A stretch of 63,953 bases of DNA, counting the filler, from Dirinaria sp. TL-2023a (taxonomy: Eukaryota), in assembly GCA_051941275.1 (NCBI GenBank). It is 6 parts of 6 records of this genome, joined end to end, with 100 filler letters (N's around TTAATTAATTAA, not from the genome) between each part and the next. Parts side by side here need not be neighbours in the genome. Positions count along the whole stretch, not along the records: positions 53,404 to 63,953 come from JAVEBF010000926.1; 5 more parts are not named here. The stretch is one strand, 5' to 3'. Made by a program: the position numbers and the translations under genes. A model generated the notes under the pieces. That model saw nothing but the letters and a program-made list of their open reading frames with translations. It was not told where the DNA came from and searched no databases. Shown in pieces: positions 61,850-63,953 of this stretch; the first letter of the stretch is position 1, and every line of letters starts with the position of its first letter.

Positions 61850-63953
61850 GATTTGCTGGATTTATGAATCTGGGCTGTTTGCTGTGGATGCTCTATCGTG
61901 AAGAAGGGCAGGAAGTGGTCGAACATATATGTGTTTCTCGTGTAGGCTATACGAGGATGGGGATGGCGCTTTCCCTTAGCTTCCAGTTATGATCTTGAAA
62001 TTAACTCGCTTGCATTAGTGCTGAAAACTGAGCACATTATCTGTAAGCAATGAGTGGGTTTCATAAGCCTCAGGTATCATCAGATGCAACATTCAGAATA
62101 ATGCCCGCAGTCAGCCAACGTACAAGGTCCGCCAATCGAATGCTTTTCGTACTGCGACCTGATCGGTGTCGGCAGCAAAAGATGGTGAGATTAGGCAGAC
62201 GATTTTTGAGTAATTCAGTGTCAGGACTATCTTTACTTTTTAGACAATCATTCTGCCTAAAAAGTAGAGTATGTACCGCGATTCCCGTGATACCGTACAT
62301 AACATTAATGTACCTTAATGCATGAGGTACGAGCGAGCCAATGAATAGATGGGTACCTAAGGAGTACCTTGGCAAGTCATTGCGCCAAGCCACTAATATG
62401 CCTTAGGGTAAAGTACCCCAGGTCATGTACGGTATGTACTGTACAAGTAGAGTCTAAAGTAAGGTAGTTCATGACTCTACACATTCCATCGAATTGCATC
62501 TTCGCTTAGAATAGAAATCAAATTTTCATCACTTAGTCCGCCATCATGACAGTCGGTGGATCTCGTAAACCCAATATGTTGCCTTTCCTCGTGAAGGAAT
62601 TGGGGGGAGGGGGAGGAGAAGATGTAAGGAAGATGACTCACTCTACAGGCTAAAGTATCAAGAATCTCTGTCATCTGCATCAACTTCAATATTCTGGCAA
62701 TCAAGTCCAGCGTTCGTAAGCCCCAGAGTACTAAGATCTCGCTTGATCAATTGAAACACATGTGTCAGAGCTCACTGCCCAAATCTCTGTTGGAAGCTGA
62801 AGAGTATATACCATCGAGATGTTTGTCAGCTAGGAGCAAGCACATCCCTTTGCTGCCCACTTCTCCGCTCCCGTACGCTTGCCGTAATCCGTCACAAAGC
62901 ACCTGGAACTTTTTCTCTCTTAGCTCTAAACACTGTCTCCTCGTCAGAAGGAACTCGCTAGAGATCGTTGCATTCACTGTATCGGTGAGCTGGGAGCACT
63001 TTCTTTTGAGTTTTTGATTCGATCCCTAGCATTTATTGTTGCTTGGAGATTAAAGTCAGCGATGAGACTCTCTGCGCGGAATTTCAAACCGCGCTGCTTC
63101 ATGATGGTGTGGATGCGATGATTGTCAGGAGGCTATGTCGTTCTCTTTGTTCATTGGAAGAGATCATCTTGAAGAACAGTCAGATGGTTACGTCGAGCTA
63201 TCGATCAAATTAGACGCTTGGTTCGACAGAATCTTTCGACAGATCAGACGAGATATTCGGGTTGGACCTAGAAAACTCTCCCTATGAACGGTGACTTGCA
63301 AGATCTGTGGCGCTGGAGTCAGGAGAATGAAGAGAAATCTACCGGATAAAGGGATTCAGCTTGTCAAAGGTGAGTCACTTGTGATTCGAGGGAGAAGACG
63401 TCTGAAACTTACCTGATATAGTATACAAGGGAGTAGCTCCATGTAGCCAACGGGATTTTTAACCGGAAATCGGGTCGATTTGTTTTTATATCTCTCACTG
63501 CCTGAGAACTTTCAATTTTCGCGAAATTCATGATCCGTTCCCCCTCCCCCCCCCGGGGGGGGCCTCTTTTCAACCCCGTTTCTAAGCAATTGAACGCTGT
63601 TTCCATGGAAAGGACATCAAATCCACCATCCCCTCCTGAACCCATTTCCCAACAACAGCTTACACTCTGTCAGAGCAGAGCGAATCAACGATCCAACTCG
63701 AAAATATCAATAACTAAAACCAGATGTTTAGGTAGGAAGGGTAATATACTCACAGTAATTATCTAAGCGAATATTAAACAGAGAATCAGGAAAAAAAAAA
63801 AGAAAAAAAAAAAGAAAAATCAATGAAAGCTACCTTAGTATAAACTTATCTTTTTCTTCCTTTCCTTCCTCCTCGAACAATAAATACTCTTTCTTGACCT
63901 TTTTTTTTTTTTTTTTTCTTTTCTTTTATTTTTTTCAATGTAAGGTCTAGAAT

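Overview
Intron-containing filamentous ascomycete (Pezizomycotina) DNA. The window is not one locus. It is six unrelated contigs of about 10.6 kb (10592, 10588, 10588, 10582, 10553 and 10550 bp, sorted by size) joined by artificial 100-nt N-TTAATTAATTAA-N linkers, so adjacency across linkers is meaningless. The highlight is at the end of contig 1: a DUF3328/UstYa-type oxidase (two HxxHC motifs) lies tail-to-tail with a Kex2-type repeat precursor carrying 8 invariant EGVDVADGF units. This is a candidate dikaritin-type fungal RiPP system with a Tyr-free, Phe-terminated core that I do not recognise, and it is truncated by the contig end. Other content: a carboxylesterase, PTH11-like membrane proteins (one frameshifted), an SDR pseudogene, a PCA1-like P1B metal ATPase, an MFS transporter with a MITE-like inverted repeat upstream, secreted orphan proteins, a Gly/Ser-rich hydrophilin-like repeat protein, a membrane-anchored fungal lectin-like protein, and housekeeping genes (CWC15, RRP45, CLC channel, MED22, DHFR, SGT1/Ecd, Pcp1, NCE102-like, DJ-1/PfpI). 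A candidate structured Pol III-type ncRNA sits between MED22 and DHFR.
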